A DNA stretch of 64,000 bases from Vulcanimicrobiota bacterium (GTDB lineage Bacteria > Vulcanimicrobiota > Vulcanimicrobiia > Vulcanimicrobiales > Vulcanimicrobiaceae), in contig CAWCIZ010000003.1 in NCBI GenBank assembly GCA_963795855.1, positions 480,001 through 544,000 on the forward strand. The letters are read 5' to 3'. Shown here in pieces: positions 1 through 10,946 of the stretch (the stretch's first letter is position 1; every line of letters starts with the position of its first letter). Both the position numbers and the translations under genes were made by a program. Below the pieces are notes generated by a model. The model ran no database searches. It saw only the letters and a program-made list of their open reading frames with translations, and was not told the origin of the DNA.

Positions 1-2723
1 GTCGATGAACTGCTGCAGGGCAAAGACGAGTTCTACGAGAGTGTCTTCGCTGGACTCGGCGTACAAGCCGGCCCCGCGCCGAAGGCGGCGCCGAGTGCCG
101 CGATCCCCGCGGTCCAACCGGCCGCGCAAGCGGAAGGCGCCGCGCCATCCGATGAAATGCTGCGCGCCGTCGCAGCCGGCATGGCGATCGTCGCGGCATA
201 CCGCACGCACGGTCATCTCGCGGCGAATCTCGATCCGCTCGGCACGCCGCCGATCGGCGATCCCTCGCTCGAGCCCGGCAACTGGGGCCTCACGCCGGCA
301 TTGCAATCCGCGATTCCCTCATCGGTGCTGCGAGTGAAGGTGCCCGGCAATACGCTCGCCGACGTGCTGCCGCGTTTGCGCGACACCTACAGTTCGACGA
401 TCGCGTATGAAGTGGAGCACATCGCGAACACGGAGCAGCGCGAATGGCTTCGCGACGTCATCGAGTCCGGCAAGCATAAAGTGCCGCTTTCGAACGAGCG
501 CAAAATCGAGTTGCTGCGACGCTTGACGCGTGTCGAAGTCTTCGAGCGCTATCTGCGAAAGACGTTCCTCGGGCAGAAGACGTTTTCGGGTGAAGGCCTG
601 GACGTGATGGTGCCGATGATCGAGGAGATGCTCGAGTTGCTTGCGCAGGATGGCACGTCGCACGCAGTGCTCGGCATGGCCCACCGCGGTCGACTGGCGA
701 CGATCGCGCACGTCGTCAACATGCCGTACGAAGAGATTTTGACGGAATTCGAAGCGGCGCACGAGCGCGGCGAAGTCGGCGCGGACGACGTGACCGGCGA
801 CGTGAAATACCACCACGGCGCAAACGGCGTGTATCGCGGACGCGAGGGCAACGCCATCGCCGTGACGCTGGCGAACAATCCGAGTCATTTGGAAGCGGTC
901 GATCCGGTCGTGGAAGGCATCACGCGCGCTCTGCAAACCGATCACGCGCACGCGATTCCCGCGCAAGACGCGCGCAAGGCAGCGCCGCTGCTGATTCACG
1001 GTGACGCCGCGTTCATCGGTCAAGGCATCGTTTCGGAGGTTTTCAACCTGCAGTCGCTGCCGGATACGAAACGGGCGGCACCATTCATATCATCGCCAAC
1101 AATCAAGTCGGCTTCACCACCGATCCGCGCGATTCGCGCTCGACGCGCTATGCGTCGGATCTGGCGAAGGGCTTCGACGTGCCGATCGTGCACGTGAACG
1201 CCGACGACGTCGATGCGTGCATTTGGGCGGCGAATTTGGCCGTGGAGTTCCGCAAGCGCTTCGCGCGCGACATGCTCATCGAGATCATCGGCTACCGCCG
1301 ATTCGGCCACAACGAGCAGGACGAACCGGCGTACACGCAGCCCGGTATGTACGATCGCATCAAAAACCATCCGACCGCGCGCGAGTTGTTCGCAAATAAA
1401 CTCGTCGCGCAAGGCGCGCTCGGCAAGGATCAAGTCGAGGAACTCGCTGCGGAAGCTACGGCGCGGCTGCAGGAAGCGCACCGCACGGTCAAAGGCAAGC
1501 GCGACATAGCGGGCATGCTCGCCAAGATCGATTTGAAGGCTCCACTGGATGCGGCGCATTTGGAAAAAGTCACGAGAGAGCAATTGCTCGCCTGGAGCGA
1601 CGAACTGATCGGCGCGCCCGAGGGTTTTTCCGTCAACAAAAAACTGCAGACGCAGTTCGAGCGGCGAAAAATTTCCATACACGAGAAAGGTGTGATGGAT
1701 TGGGGCATGGCGGAAGCGCTCGCATTCGCTTCGCTGCTCTCCGTCGGTACGCCGGTGCGCATCACGGGCCAGGACACGGAGCGCGGTACGTTCAGCCATC
1801 GACACGCCGTGCTGCACGATCCCAAAAGCGAAACCGATTACGTTCCCTTGCAGCATTTACGAGGGGCTAAAGCCTCGTTCGAAATCCATAACAGTCCGCT
1901 TTCCGAGTATTCGTGCCTGGGCTTCGAATACGGCTACAGCGCGTCCGTTCCGAAAGCGCTCGTGTTGTGGGAGGCGCAATTCGGCGACTTCGACAACGGC
2001 GCGCAAATCATTATCGATCAGTTCATCACGGCGGGACAAGCGAAGTGGGGGCAGACGGCGCGCCTTACGCTGCTGCTGCCGCACGGCTACGAAGGCATGG
2101 GCCCGGAACACTCGAGCGCGCGTTTGGAACGCTTCCTGCAACTCGCCGCGGAAGGAAATCTGCGCGTCGCAAACCTCTCGACCGCTACGAACTACTACCA
2201 TCTGCTGCGTCAGCAGGCGACAATGCCGCAACCCGTTCCGCTCGTCGTCATGACGCCGAAGTCGCTCCTGCGTCAGGAATCTGCAGGCGGGCGCATCGAC
2301 GAGATGGCTTCGGGCAAGTTCCAGCCCGTGATCGACGATCCGAACGCCAAGGACAAGAGCGTTGTCGAACGGCTGCTTCTTTGCACGGGAAAGATCTACC
2401 ACGATCTGGTCCAGCACGACTTGCACGCGCAGCTGAAGAAAACGGCAATCGTGCGCATCGAACTGCTCTCACCGCTGCCGTACATCGAGATCAACGACGT
2501 CATCGCGACCTATCCGAATCTCAAGAAGCTCGTGTGGGTGCAGGAAGAACCGAAGAACATGGGCGCGCGCGCCTACGTTCGTCGCCGGCTCATCGAGCGC
2601 AAGCGCGATACGCTCGAAATCGATTACGTCGGCCGGCCGTACCGCGCGTCACCCTCCGAAGGCTATCCCGGCGCGCACGCAGTCGAACAAGAGCGAATCC
2701 TCAAAGAAGCGCTGACCGAATAA
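1..2723 (+). CDS. sucA: Multifunctional 2-oxoglutarate dehydrogenase/decarboxylase (Kgd-type E2-E1 fusion); 5'-partial, one frameshift near 1060
   Basis: E1o motifs AYRTHGHLAANLDPL, GMAHRGRL, GDVKYHHG, HGDAAF, GYRRFGHNEQDEP, WEAQFGDF, HSSARLERFLQ. Frame +1 is open from base 1 (VDELLQGKDEFYESVF plus an Ala/Pro linker). ORFs 157..1197 and 1179..2723 join through a -1 indel at CTGCCGGATAC. Confidence 0.93.
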
Positions 2724-2747
2724 CATGCGAGCGTCCCGGCGGCAAGC

Positions 2748-3128
2748 GTGAGCGATCGGTACGAACGCGGCGAGCAACTCATGCGGCAGATCGACGGGGA
2801 CTCGGTCACCGATAATTTGATCGCCCGCTATCAGGACTTGGCGCCCGACTTCACGCGCTATCTCGTGGAGTTCGCGTTCGGCGAAGTGTATGCACGCGAA
2901 GGCGATCTTAGAATGCGCGAGATCGTGGCGATAGCATCGCTTGCGACGATGGGCGGCTGCGATTCGCAACTCGAAACGCACGTTCACGGCGCGTTTCGCG
3001 TCGGCTTGTCGGAGTCGGAAATCGTGGAAACCGTATTGACGCTCATCCCGTACATCGGTTTTCCGAAAGCGCTCAATGCCATGAGCATCGTCAAACGAGT
3101 AGCGGACAAGCGCTCGGCGAGAAGCTGA
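2748..3128 (+). CDS. Carboxymuconolactone decarboxylase family protein
   Basis: FAFGEVYAR..LRMREIVAIASLA..QLETHVHGAFRVGLSESEIVE..YIGFPKALNA is the typical CMD/AhpD pattern. Confidence 0.88.
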   Translation: MSDRYERGEQLMRQIDGDSVTDNLIARYQDLAPDFTRYLVEFAFGEVYAREGDLRMREIVAIASLATMGGCDSQLETHVHGAFRVGLSESEIVETVLTLIPYIGFPKALNAMSIVKRVADKRSARS

Positions 3129-3152
3129 ACGCGCGGGCGGGTACATCACAGC

Positions 3153-3434
3153 ATGGCGGTTTTTGGCCGTGCTTTCACGGCAGCACTAGCAGCAGCGCTC
3201 CTCGCTCGCGCGGGCCTGACGATTTCTTGGAATACGCGCGGTGCGGCCGCACCGCATGCCGCTTCCACCGCTCAACCGGTGCGAACCGCCGTCGTATCCG
3301 CCGTGCGAGGAACGCACGTGCTGCTGCGCTTGAGCGACGGCACGACGCGCCTTTTCTTCGCGAACGCTGCGCAGGCGCGCGAACTAGCCGGGCTCGTCGG
3401 TACCGTTATACGGTTCCGGCCTTCTACTCCATGA
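3153..3434 (+). CDS. Small hypothetical protein with hydrophobic N-terminus
   Basis: 93-aa ORF filling the gap between two genes; signal/TM-like N-terminus followed by a beta-rich segment. Confidence 0.55.
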   Translation: MAVFGRAFTAALAAALLARAGLTISWNTRGAAAPHAASTAQPVRTAVVSAVRGTHVLLRLSDGTTRLFFANAAQARELAGLVGTVIRFRPSTP

Positions 3435-5575
3435 GTTTCATGGTGAAATAGGTCCAGCCCAGCGCGCTGGTTTCCGCTGTTTCCTTCAGGTTTGCTCCCG
3501 CCCCGTGTCCGCCTTCGGTCACTTCGTAGAAAAGATACGGCACGTGCATCGCCGCCAGTTTCGCCGCGAATTTTCGCGCGTGTTGCGGTCCGACGCGGTC
3601 GTCCTTTGTCGTGGTCCAGATAAACGGCTCCGGATATGCGACGCCGGCTCTGAGATTTTGGTACGGCGAAATCTTCTGCAGAAATGCGCGTTCCGCCGGC
3701 ACGGAAACGCTGCCGTACTCGCCGACCCACGACGCGCCCGCTTCGATTTGTTCGTACCGCAGCATGTCGAGCAGCGGCACTTCGATTTGCACGGCGTTCC
3801 ACATCTCGGGATGCTGGGTGAATTCAACGCCCATCAGAAGGCCGCCGTTCGAACCGCCGACGATGCCCAGATGGCGCGGATCGGTGATCTTGCGCGTCAC
3901 GAGATCGCGTCCGACCGCGTAGAAGTCGTCGTAGATGCGCTGACGATGCGTTTTCAAGCCCGCTTCATGCCAAGCGGGACCGAATTCTCCCCCGCCGCGA
4001 ATGTTCGCGAGCACGAACACGCCGCCGCGCTCCAGCCAGAGCTTGCCGGTGGTCGCGGAGTAAAAGGGCGTTTCCGATATTTGAAATCCGCCGTACGCGT
4101 TGATGACGGTCGGATTCATACCATCAAAGCGCATGCCTTTCGGGCGAACGATGAAGTACGGAATCTTCGTGCCGTCTTTCGACGTCGCTTCGTGCTGTTC
4201 GACCAGGTCGTTCGACGCATCGAACTGGGCCGGCAGGGCTTTCACCCGTTCCCGTGCTCCGCTCGATGCATCCGCCAAGTACAGCGTCGTTGGAGTGAGA
4301 AAGCCGCTCACGGTGAGAAACACCCGATTGTCCCGAATGTTCGAATCGACGACGTCGATTGAAGCGTTGTCGGGAAAATTCAGACGCCGCAGCGTCCATC
4401 GGTTCGCAGCCGCCGGCGAATAGACGAACGCTCTTCCGCGCACATTTTGATAGACAGTCAATACCAGGTCGTTCTTCGTGACGGAGACGCCGTTCAGCGA
4501 CTCCCGCGCACCGGGCACGTACACGAGTGCCGGATGAAGGTCGGCGGGATGCGCGGCGGCCGCAGCGAGATCGACCGAAACGAGCGAGCCTTGTTTGAAG
4601 ACTGTACCGTGTGCGTTCCAGTCTTGATTGAGTGAGAGCAGCAGTTGGTCGTCGACCAAGCCGCTCACGTCGAGCTTCATCGGGACGTTGAGTCTTTTCA
4701 ACGCCCGTGCGCGTCACGATGTAGTGCTCGGTCTGGAAAAACGTCACGCCGCGCTCGACGAACGCCGCTGAGTGTCCGCTCCCGTCGTACAGCGTGAACG
4801 GATTCACGCTCACGTCTTGCGTCTTGCCGCGGAAAATTTCGACGGCTGATGAAAGCGGCTGTCCGCGGCGTAATCGTTTGACGACGTACGCGTAGCCGGA
4901 GTGCGTGAGCTGACCCGGCTGCCAAGGACGCGACACGAGCAGTGTGTCGGCGTCGACCCATGCGGTGGTCTGCTTTGCGCGCGGCAGAACGAATCCGTGC
5001 GGCGCGAAGCTGCGCGTTGAAAGGTCGAACTCGCGCATCGTCACGGCGTCTTCGCCGCCGTCCGAGAGCGAAATCATGCAGCGCCGTTCCTGCGGCTCGG
5101 CGCAGTCGGCGCCTTTCCACACCCAGTTTGCGTGTTCGCGCTTCGCGAGCGCATCCAAATCGAGTACGGTCGTCCAGGACGGCGAAGCGCTCCGGTAACT
5201 TTGCAGCGAGGTGCGCCGCCAAATCCCCCGCACGTGATTGGCGTCCTGCCAAAAGTTGTAGACGGCGCCGCCGAGTATTTGCGGATACGGGATGCGGTTT
5301 TCCGACTGATCGATGCGAAGCGCGTCCTGATAGAGCTTGCGGTAGTGCGGATCGCCCTGCAGAACCGGCAACGATCGCGCGTTTTGCGCGTGCACCCACG
5401 CCATCGCGCGCGCGCCGTCTTTTTCTTCCAGCCAAAGGAATGGATCGGTTCCGTTCATGCTCGCCGGCAACGCCCGTGCCACCGTTCTTTGCGCGGGCGC
5501 CGCCCATGCGGCCGCACCCAGCGCGAATGCCGACAGCAGCGCGGCGACGCCAAGTGTCCGCGACAGGTTTTTCAC
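3424..5575 (-). CDS. Secreted prolyl oligopeptidase (S9 family); frameshift near 4693
   Basis: GGAGG RBS then GTG at 5575, signal peptide, DPFLWLE, ANIRGGGEFGPAWH, GGSNGGLL nucleophile motif, DDRV and EGGH catalytic Asp/His. Confidence 0.9.
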
Positions 5576-5592
5576 TTGGTCTACCTCCGCTC

Positions 5593-6133
5593 TTACCAGT
5601 CGAAAGATGCGAGGAGCGCCTCTATCGTGCCTGCACTGCGGAAGAGATCGGCGCTTTCGGACGGAACGAAACCTTCGCGCAAAAATTTTGCGAAGAGTGC
5701 CAACAATTCGTCGTAGTATCCGCCGGCGTTCAGCAGACCGATCGGTTTGCCGTGAATATGCAACTGCGCCCACGTCAGGATCTCGCAAAACTCGTCCATC
5801 GTGCCGTAACCGCCCGGAAGTGCGACGAATGCGTCGCTCAGATCCGCGATCAGCGCCTTGCGCTCGTGCATGCTGCCGACGATATGTAATTGCGAAAGGC
5901 CCGCATGCGCGATCTCCTTGCTGCTGAGCGCCTGCGGAATGACGCCGATCACTTCACCGCCGGCGGCGAGCGCCTCGTCGGCGATTACGCCCATCAATCC
6001 GACGCGTCCGCCTCCGTAGACGATTCCGATATTGCGTGAAACGAGATGCCGCGCGACGTTCGCCGCAAGAGCCGCGTAGACTCTCGCGGTTTCCGGTACG
6101 CGCGCCGCAAAAAATCGCCATGCGCCTTTCCAT
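5593..6133 (-). CDS. LOG family nucleotide phosphoribohydrolase; frameshift near 6080
   Basis: MERRMAIFCGA start joins VYGGGRVGLMG, MHERKA and the PGGYGTMDE motif. Confidence 0.88.
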
Positions 6134-6184
6134 GACGCGCGCGTTTGGCGGGGCGCGTCCCGCAGCCTGCCGAAGGCGCGGAAC

Positions 6185-6433
6185 GTGAAGAACCGCGTGC
6201 CCGATGACGGTGTCGTGCGCGTCATGCGCGAGCGGCGCCGCGCAGGCGTCATGACGATCGTCACGGGATTACCGCAGCGAGAGCTCGAGGAAACGGCGAA
6301 GACGCTCAAGCGTTTGTGCGGCAGCGGCGGAACGGCGAAGAACGGCGTCGTCGAAATTCAAGGCGACCATCGCGACAAAATCGTCGAGCTTTTGCAAGCG
6401 CAAGGCCGCGCCGTGAAAAAAGCCGGAGGATGA
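6185..6433 (+). CDS. SUI1/YciH translation initiation factor-like protein
   Basis: LKRLCGSGGTAKNGVVEIQGDHRDKI..VKKAGG is the SUI1 signature; start position uncertain. Confidence 0.88.
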   Translation: MKNRVPDDGVVRVMRERRRAGVMTIVTGLPQRELEETAKTLKRLCGSGGTAKNGVVEIQGDHRDKIVELLQAQGRAVKKAGG

Positions 6434-7728
6434 GCGAAGCGGACGTACGCGAGCCGCCCGGACCGGGCATGTGGGAAACGTACCGCCGCTTGCGCAACAC
6501 GCCGCTGCGCGCGTTCCCAACGTTTCTGAGCGAACTGCAGCAAACGTACGGCGACGTAGCGGCGTTCCGCGTGCCGTGGCGCCGTTTCTACTTCGTCAAC
6601 GATCCGGCCGCCATAAAAGACATTCTCGTCACGCAGCAGCACGCGTTCGTCAAGTCCGAAGGCACGCGCGCGATGCGCGAGCTGCTCGGCGAGGGGCTGG
6701 TGACGAGCGAAGAACCGTTGCACCGGCGCATGCGGCGCATCGTGCAGCCGGCGTTTCATCGGGAACGCGTCGCGGGATACGCGGAAACCATGCGCGAGTA
6801 CGCGCGGCAATGGCGCGCGCCGCAAGGCGCGTTCGACATGCACGCGGAGATGATGGAGCTGACGCTGCGGATCGCCTCGCGCACGCTATTCGGCGTGGAC
6901 GCCGGCGCGCAGGCGGATCGCGTCGGCGCGGCGCTGCACGAAGTGGTCACGGTATTTCCGGACGTGTTGGGCCCGTTCGGCGCAATAAAACGCCGGCTGC
7001 CGGTGGCACCGACGCGCCGCTTTCGCAAAGCGCGGCGCATTCTGGACGCCATCGTGCTCGAGTTGATTGCGGTGCGGCGTAAAAGCGGAGAAGACCGCGG
7101 CGACGCGCTTTCCATGCTGCTCGCATCGCGAGACGAAGAAACGGGCGAAGGACTCAGCGACGCGCAGGTGCGCGACGAAGTCATGACGCTGTTCGTCGCC
7201 GGGCACGAGACGACCGCGAACGCGCTGACGTGGACGTGGTATCTGCTCGCGCGTAATCCGAACGTCCGCGAGCGTCTGGCGGGCGAGCTTTCAACGGATG
7301 CGCAAACGCCGTATCTCGACGCGGTTTTGAACGAGTCGCTGCGTTTATATCCGCCGGCGTGGATCCTCGGGCGCGATGCGCTGCGCGAAACGCATACGCA
7401 AGGCTGGCGAATCCGCAAGGGCGCTACGGTGCTCATGAGTCAGCTCGTCCTGCACCGGTCGCCGCTCTTTTTCGACGAGCCCGATCGGTTCATGCCGGAA
7501 CGCTGGCTGCGCGACCTGCGCCTGCCCGCCTTCGCGTACTTTCCGTTCGGAGGCGGCGCGCGCAAGTGCCTCGGCGATCAGTTCGCGTGGGCCGAGGCGC
7601 GGATAGAACTGGCGGATCTCGTGCAGCGCTATCGCTTCGAACTGGCGTCGTCCGCGGCGCTCGAACCCGATCCGATCATCACGCTGCGTCCTCGCGGCCC
7701 GGTCGTTATGCGCGCGCGCTTAGCTTAG
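6430..7728 (+). CDS. Cytochrome P450
   Basis: I-helix AGHETT, ESLR (ExxR), PERW and heme motif FGGGARKCLG; ATG overlaps the SUI1 stop (ATGA) after a GGAGG. Confidence 0.95.
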   Translation: MSEADVREPPGPGMWETYRRLRNTPLRAFPTFLSELQQTYGDVAAFRVPWRRFYFVNDPAAIKDILVTQQHAFVKSEGTRAMRELLGEGLVTSEEPLHRRMRRIVQPAFHRERVAGYAETMREYARQWRAPQGAFDMHAEMMELTLRIASRTLFGVDAGAQADRVGAALHEVVTVFPDVLGPFGAIKRRLPVAPTRRFRKARRILDAIVLELIAVRRKSGEDRGDALSMLLASRDEETGEGLSDAQVRDEVMTLFVAGHETTANALTWTWYLLARNPNVRERLAGELSTDAQTPYLDAVLNESLRLYPPAWILGRDALRETHTQGWRIRKGATVLMSQLVLHRSPLFFDEPDRFMPERWLRDLRLPAFAYFPFGGGARKCLGDQFAWAEARIELADLVQRYRFELASSAALEPDPIITLRPRGPVVMRARLA

Positions 7729-7895
7729 CCGCCGCCGGACGCCCTCTGCCGGAACCGCTCGAAAGATCGCCATCCAGGCGATCTTTCTGCTTCTCTGCTT
7801 TTTTGCGACGGCGAAGCCTTGAAGAAACCATCCATGGTTTGCGCAAAAAAGTCAGAGATTCCAGCAGAGGACGTCCGACGCCGTCTAAGCTAAGC
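7718..7895. repeat. Long imperfect palindromic, multi-branched element between convergent genes
   Basis: GCTTAGCTTAG (7718-28) and CTAAGCTAAGC (7885-95) begin a ~37-bp imperfect closing stem; internal 11-bp perfect hairpin 7761-7787; stem CTTTTTTGCG/CGCAAAAAAG. Confidence 0.75.
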
Positions 7896-7907
7896 CTGTA
7901 ACGGTTC

Positions 7908-9281
7908 TTAAGCCAGTACGAGCTGTTCGTCACCCGCGCCGGATTTGTGCAGCGCCTCGCGAATCATCTGCTCCTGAATCTCTCGCACGGCCCAGCGCGC
8001 CTGCGCGTCCGCCGAGAGTTTGTCGATCGGATCGAAGTAGAGAAACGCTTTTCCGGGTTTGACGCTGGGCGCGGCGTACACCGCGATGCCGTTGTCGCGG
8101 TCGTAGTACTCGTAGCTGTGCACGTCGCGCTTGCCGCCGCCGCCCGGCGCGTCGCAAACGAACGTCGGCGAGTTGAAACCGGCGGTGCTGCCGCGCACGA
8201 ACTTCTCGATGTCGGTTGCGGTTTTGATGGTGGTGCGCAGCTCTTCAACGCCCTTGACCATATCGTGCATGTAGACGTAGTACGGATGCACGTTCACATG
8301 GCCCAAACGTTTGACGAGCAGACTGCATGCGTTCCGGCGTATCGTTCACGCCGCGGATGAGTACCGACTGATTGCGGACGAAGATGCCGCGTTCGAAGAG
8401 CATGCGCATCGCGATTTCCGTGATCCAAGTAATCTCTTCGGGCGCGTTGTAGTGCGTATGCAGGACGACGTCTTTGCCGAGCGTGCGCCCGCGATCGACG
8501 ATTGAGGTCAGCGCGTCCAGCCACTCCTTGTGCGTGATGATTTTCATCGGCATGATCGCCGGGCCTTTGGTGGCAAAGCGCATGCGCCGCACGTGCGGGA
8601 TGTCGAGCAGCGCGTTTCCGATGAGTTCGATGTTCTTCGGCGGCAGCTGATACGTGTCTCCGCCGGAGATCACGATGTCTTCGAGCTCGGGACGCTCCGA
8701 AATGTATTTGAACGCGTCCTGCCACTGCTTGGGCGTCTTCGCCAGTTCTTTCTTGTCGACGTTTTCCGTGTCCGGACCGATCGCGTACTGCGCGTGCAGA
8801 ACCGGCAATACACCGGGCAAGTGTTCAGCGGAAGAAACAGCGCCTTGTCGACGTAGCGGTGAACGAGACCGGGAACGGGCGAGTCGTCCTGTTCGTGCAG
8901 CGAATCCAGCGTCAAGCGCGGATGATCCGGCAGCAGCGTGCTGGCGACCGGAATGAATTGCCGGCGAATCGGATCGTTGTACGGATCGTTCCAGTCGATG
9001 AGCGACATTGCGTACGGCGAAACCCGCACCGCCATCGGCGCGCGGCGGAAGCCGGTTTCCGCGTCTTTGATGAACTCGGAGGACGCGAGGCTCTTGATGG
9101 TCTCGAGCAGTTCTTCCGGCGTCTTGACTGCATGCTTCTGCTGCCACAAATGATCGAGAAACGTGGCTTCGTCCACGTCCTTGTATGCGGGAACATGGCG
9201 CCAGAACTCGCCTTGTTTGAGATTTTTGTACTGCAGCGTTTCCAGCTGCACCGGCGGCTTTTTGTGCTCGATCTCGTTCAT
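7908..9281 (-). CDS. kamA: KamA family radical SAM enzyme (lysine 2,3-aminomutase-like); frameshifts near 8788 and 8322
   Basis: GLVHRYVDKALF, CPVYCRFCTR (CxxxCxxC), ISGGD, NQSVLIRGVND, HPYYVYMHD, DAPGGGGK; adjacent to kdd. Confidence 0.87.
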
Positions 9282-9290
9282 GACAGCCTC

Positions 9291-10362
9291 TTAGGTCTCA
9301 CGGCTCGCGCCGTATTTGGAGTTGAAATACCGGTGAATTTCGGGATGGTCGCGCAGCGTCTGCAGCGCGCACTCGGCGTGTCCGGCCGCGTAGCCGTTGC
9401 CGATGATCATGGTCACGTCTTTGCCCACGCCTTCCGCACCGAGCGCGGCGGCGGTGAACGACGTCGACATCGAAAAGAAATAGACGGTGCCGTTCTGTTT
9501 CGTGCACAGAATCGAAGCAAGTTCGGTTCCGGGAACGTTGACGCAGTTCACCACCAAGTCGGCCAGATCGGGCGCCGCGTCCGACATGCGTTGCGATAGC
9601 GAGAGTGCGTCGCGCGCGTCCGCTTCGATCAGCGCGTCGACGTAGCCGCTGCGCGCGAGCAGGCTGCGCCGCAGGCGTCTGTGCGTCCGGCGCTATCCCG
9701 ATCACGCGGCCGTGCGGGCCGGCCTGCGATTTTGCTTGCGCGCAGGAAAGCATGCCCGATTTGCCGTCGGCGCCGATGACGACGACCGTCATGCCGGGCT
9801 TGGTCATGCGCCGCACCTGCGCGGGCGCGCCCGCTACGTCGAGAACGGCGAGCGAAACGTTGTCGTCGATATCATCCGGAAGCCTGGCCCAAAGACCGGA
9901 TTCGAACAAGATCGCTTTGCCGCGTATCCAAACACGGCCCGTTTCCACGTCGACGTGCGTCACCGACTCCAGATACAACGGCGTGAGCGTCAACGAGACG
10001 AGCGACGCGATGCGGTCGCCGGCGCGCACACCGGCTTTGTCGCGCAGACGCTCGCCAATCTCGAGCACGCGCCCGATGAACATGCCGCCGCTGCCGGTGA
10101 CGGGGTTGTGCTGTTTGCCGCGCTCGCGAACGATGTCCGCGATATGCACCGCGATACGCTCGGCGTCGCCGTCGCAGCAATCGCGAATCTGTTTGAAGGA
10201 TGCGGAGTCGACGTTCAGCGTTTCCACGTCGCAGAGAATCTCGTTGTCGAACGCGACGGGCGTGTTGTCGATCTTGCGCGCGTTCTGCGGCATCGCCCCC
10301 GGCGGATCGATGACGCGATGCGTGCCGAGCGCATCGGCGCCGCGATTGGAAGCCACGGTCAT
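9291..10362 (-). CDS. kdd: L-erythro-3,5-diaminohexanoate dehydrogenase; frameshift near 9663
   Basis: GTHRVIDPPGAMPQ, LNVDSASFKQ, RGKQHNPVTGSGGM, LVSLTLTPL, LDVAGAPAQ, FFSMSTSFTAAALGAEGVGKD match Kdd. Confidence 0.88.
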
Positions 10363-10844
10363 TGAACCGAGATGCCTCCGCGCTCGAACGGCGTCGACAA
10401 AACGATCGTGGTCTTCGTGCGTGCCATGCCCTTCACGGATTTCAGACGCGAGAGCAGCGAGTCGAGATGACCCGTCGAACGCGTCATCACTTTGAGCACG
10501 AAGGACTCCTCGCCGGCCACGCTGTGCACTTCGAGGATCTCCGGCATGTCCGCGAGCGTGCGCGTGAACTCGTCGTAACTGCATTCGGGCGCCGTAAAAC
10601 AACTCACGAACGCGACGAGTTCCAATCCGAGAAGTTTGCTGTCGAGCTGAGCGGAGTATCCGCGTACGTAGCCTCGCGCCTCGAGCCGTTTGACTCGGTC
10701 GTGAACGGCCGGGGGCTTGAGACCGACGATGGAACCGAGCTCGGCAAAGGTCGAGCGCGCGTTGCGCTGCAACGCGTCGAGCAGGCGAAGGTCGAGATCG
10801 TCGACTTCGCCGGATTCGATTGCAATATTCGCTCGTTTTTCCAT
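10359..10844 (-). CDS. Lrp/AsnC family transcriptional regulator
   Basis: DDLDLRLLDALQRNARSTFAELG..VHDRVKRLEARGYVRGY HTH plus RAM domain (EVHSVAGEESFVLKV); stop overlaps the kdd ATG. Confidence 0.93.
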   Translation of the reverse strand: MEKRANIAIESGEVDDLDLRLLDALQRNARSTFAELGSIVGLKPPAVHDRVKRLEARGYVRGYSAQLDSKLLGLELVAFVSCFTAPECSYDEFTRTLADMPEILEVHSVAGEESFVLKVMTRSTGHLDSLLSRLKSVKGMARTKTTIVLSTPFERGGISVQ

Positions 10845-10871
10845 ATGTCCGAAAGAATCCCCGGTTAAAAT

Positions 10872-10900
10872 ACTATACCACCGACGATTTATTCGGGCAA
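10872..10900 (-). promoter_or_regulatory. Sigma70-type promoter for lrp-kdd-kamA
   Basis: Minus strand TTGCCC-17 nt-TATAGT with an extended -10 TG; overlapped by the CCGA-N8-TCGG palindrome (10881-96). Confidence 0.6.
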
Positions 10901-10946
10901 GAGTTCGGGCTCAAGGGCGCCGAGGCGCTCGCTCGAAATGCGCGCC

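Noticed and set aside
7908..9281. EpmB (EF-P beta-lysylation) assignment
   Set aside because: No efp or epmA nearby; the ~457-aa length and adjacency to kdd favour catabolic KamA.
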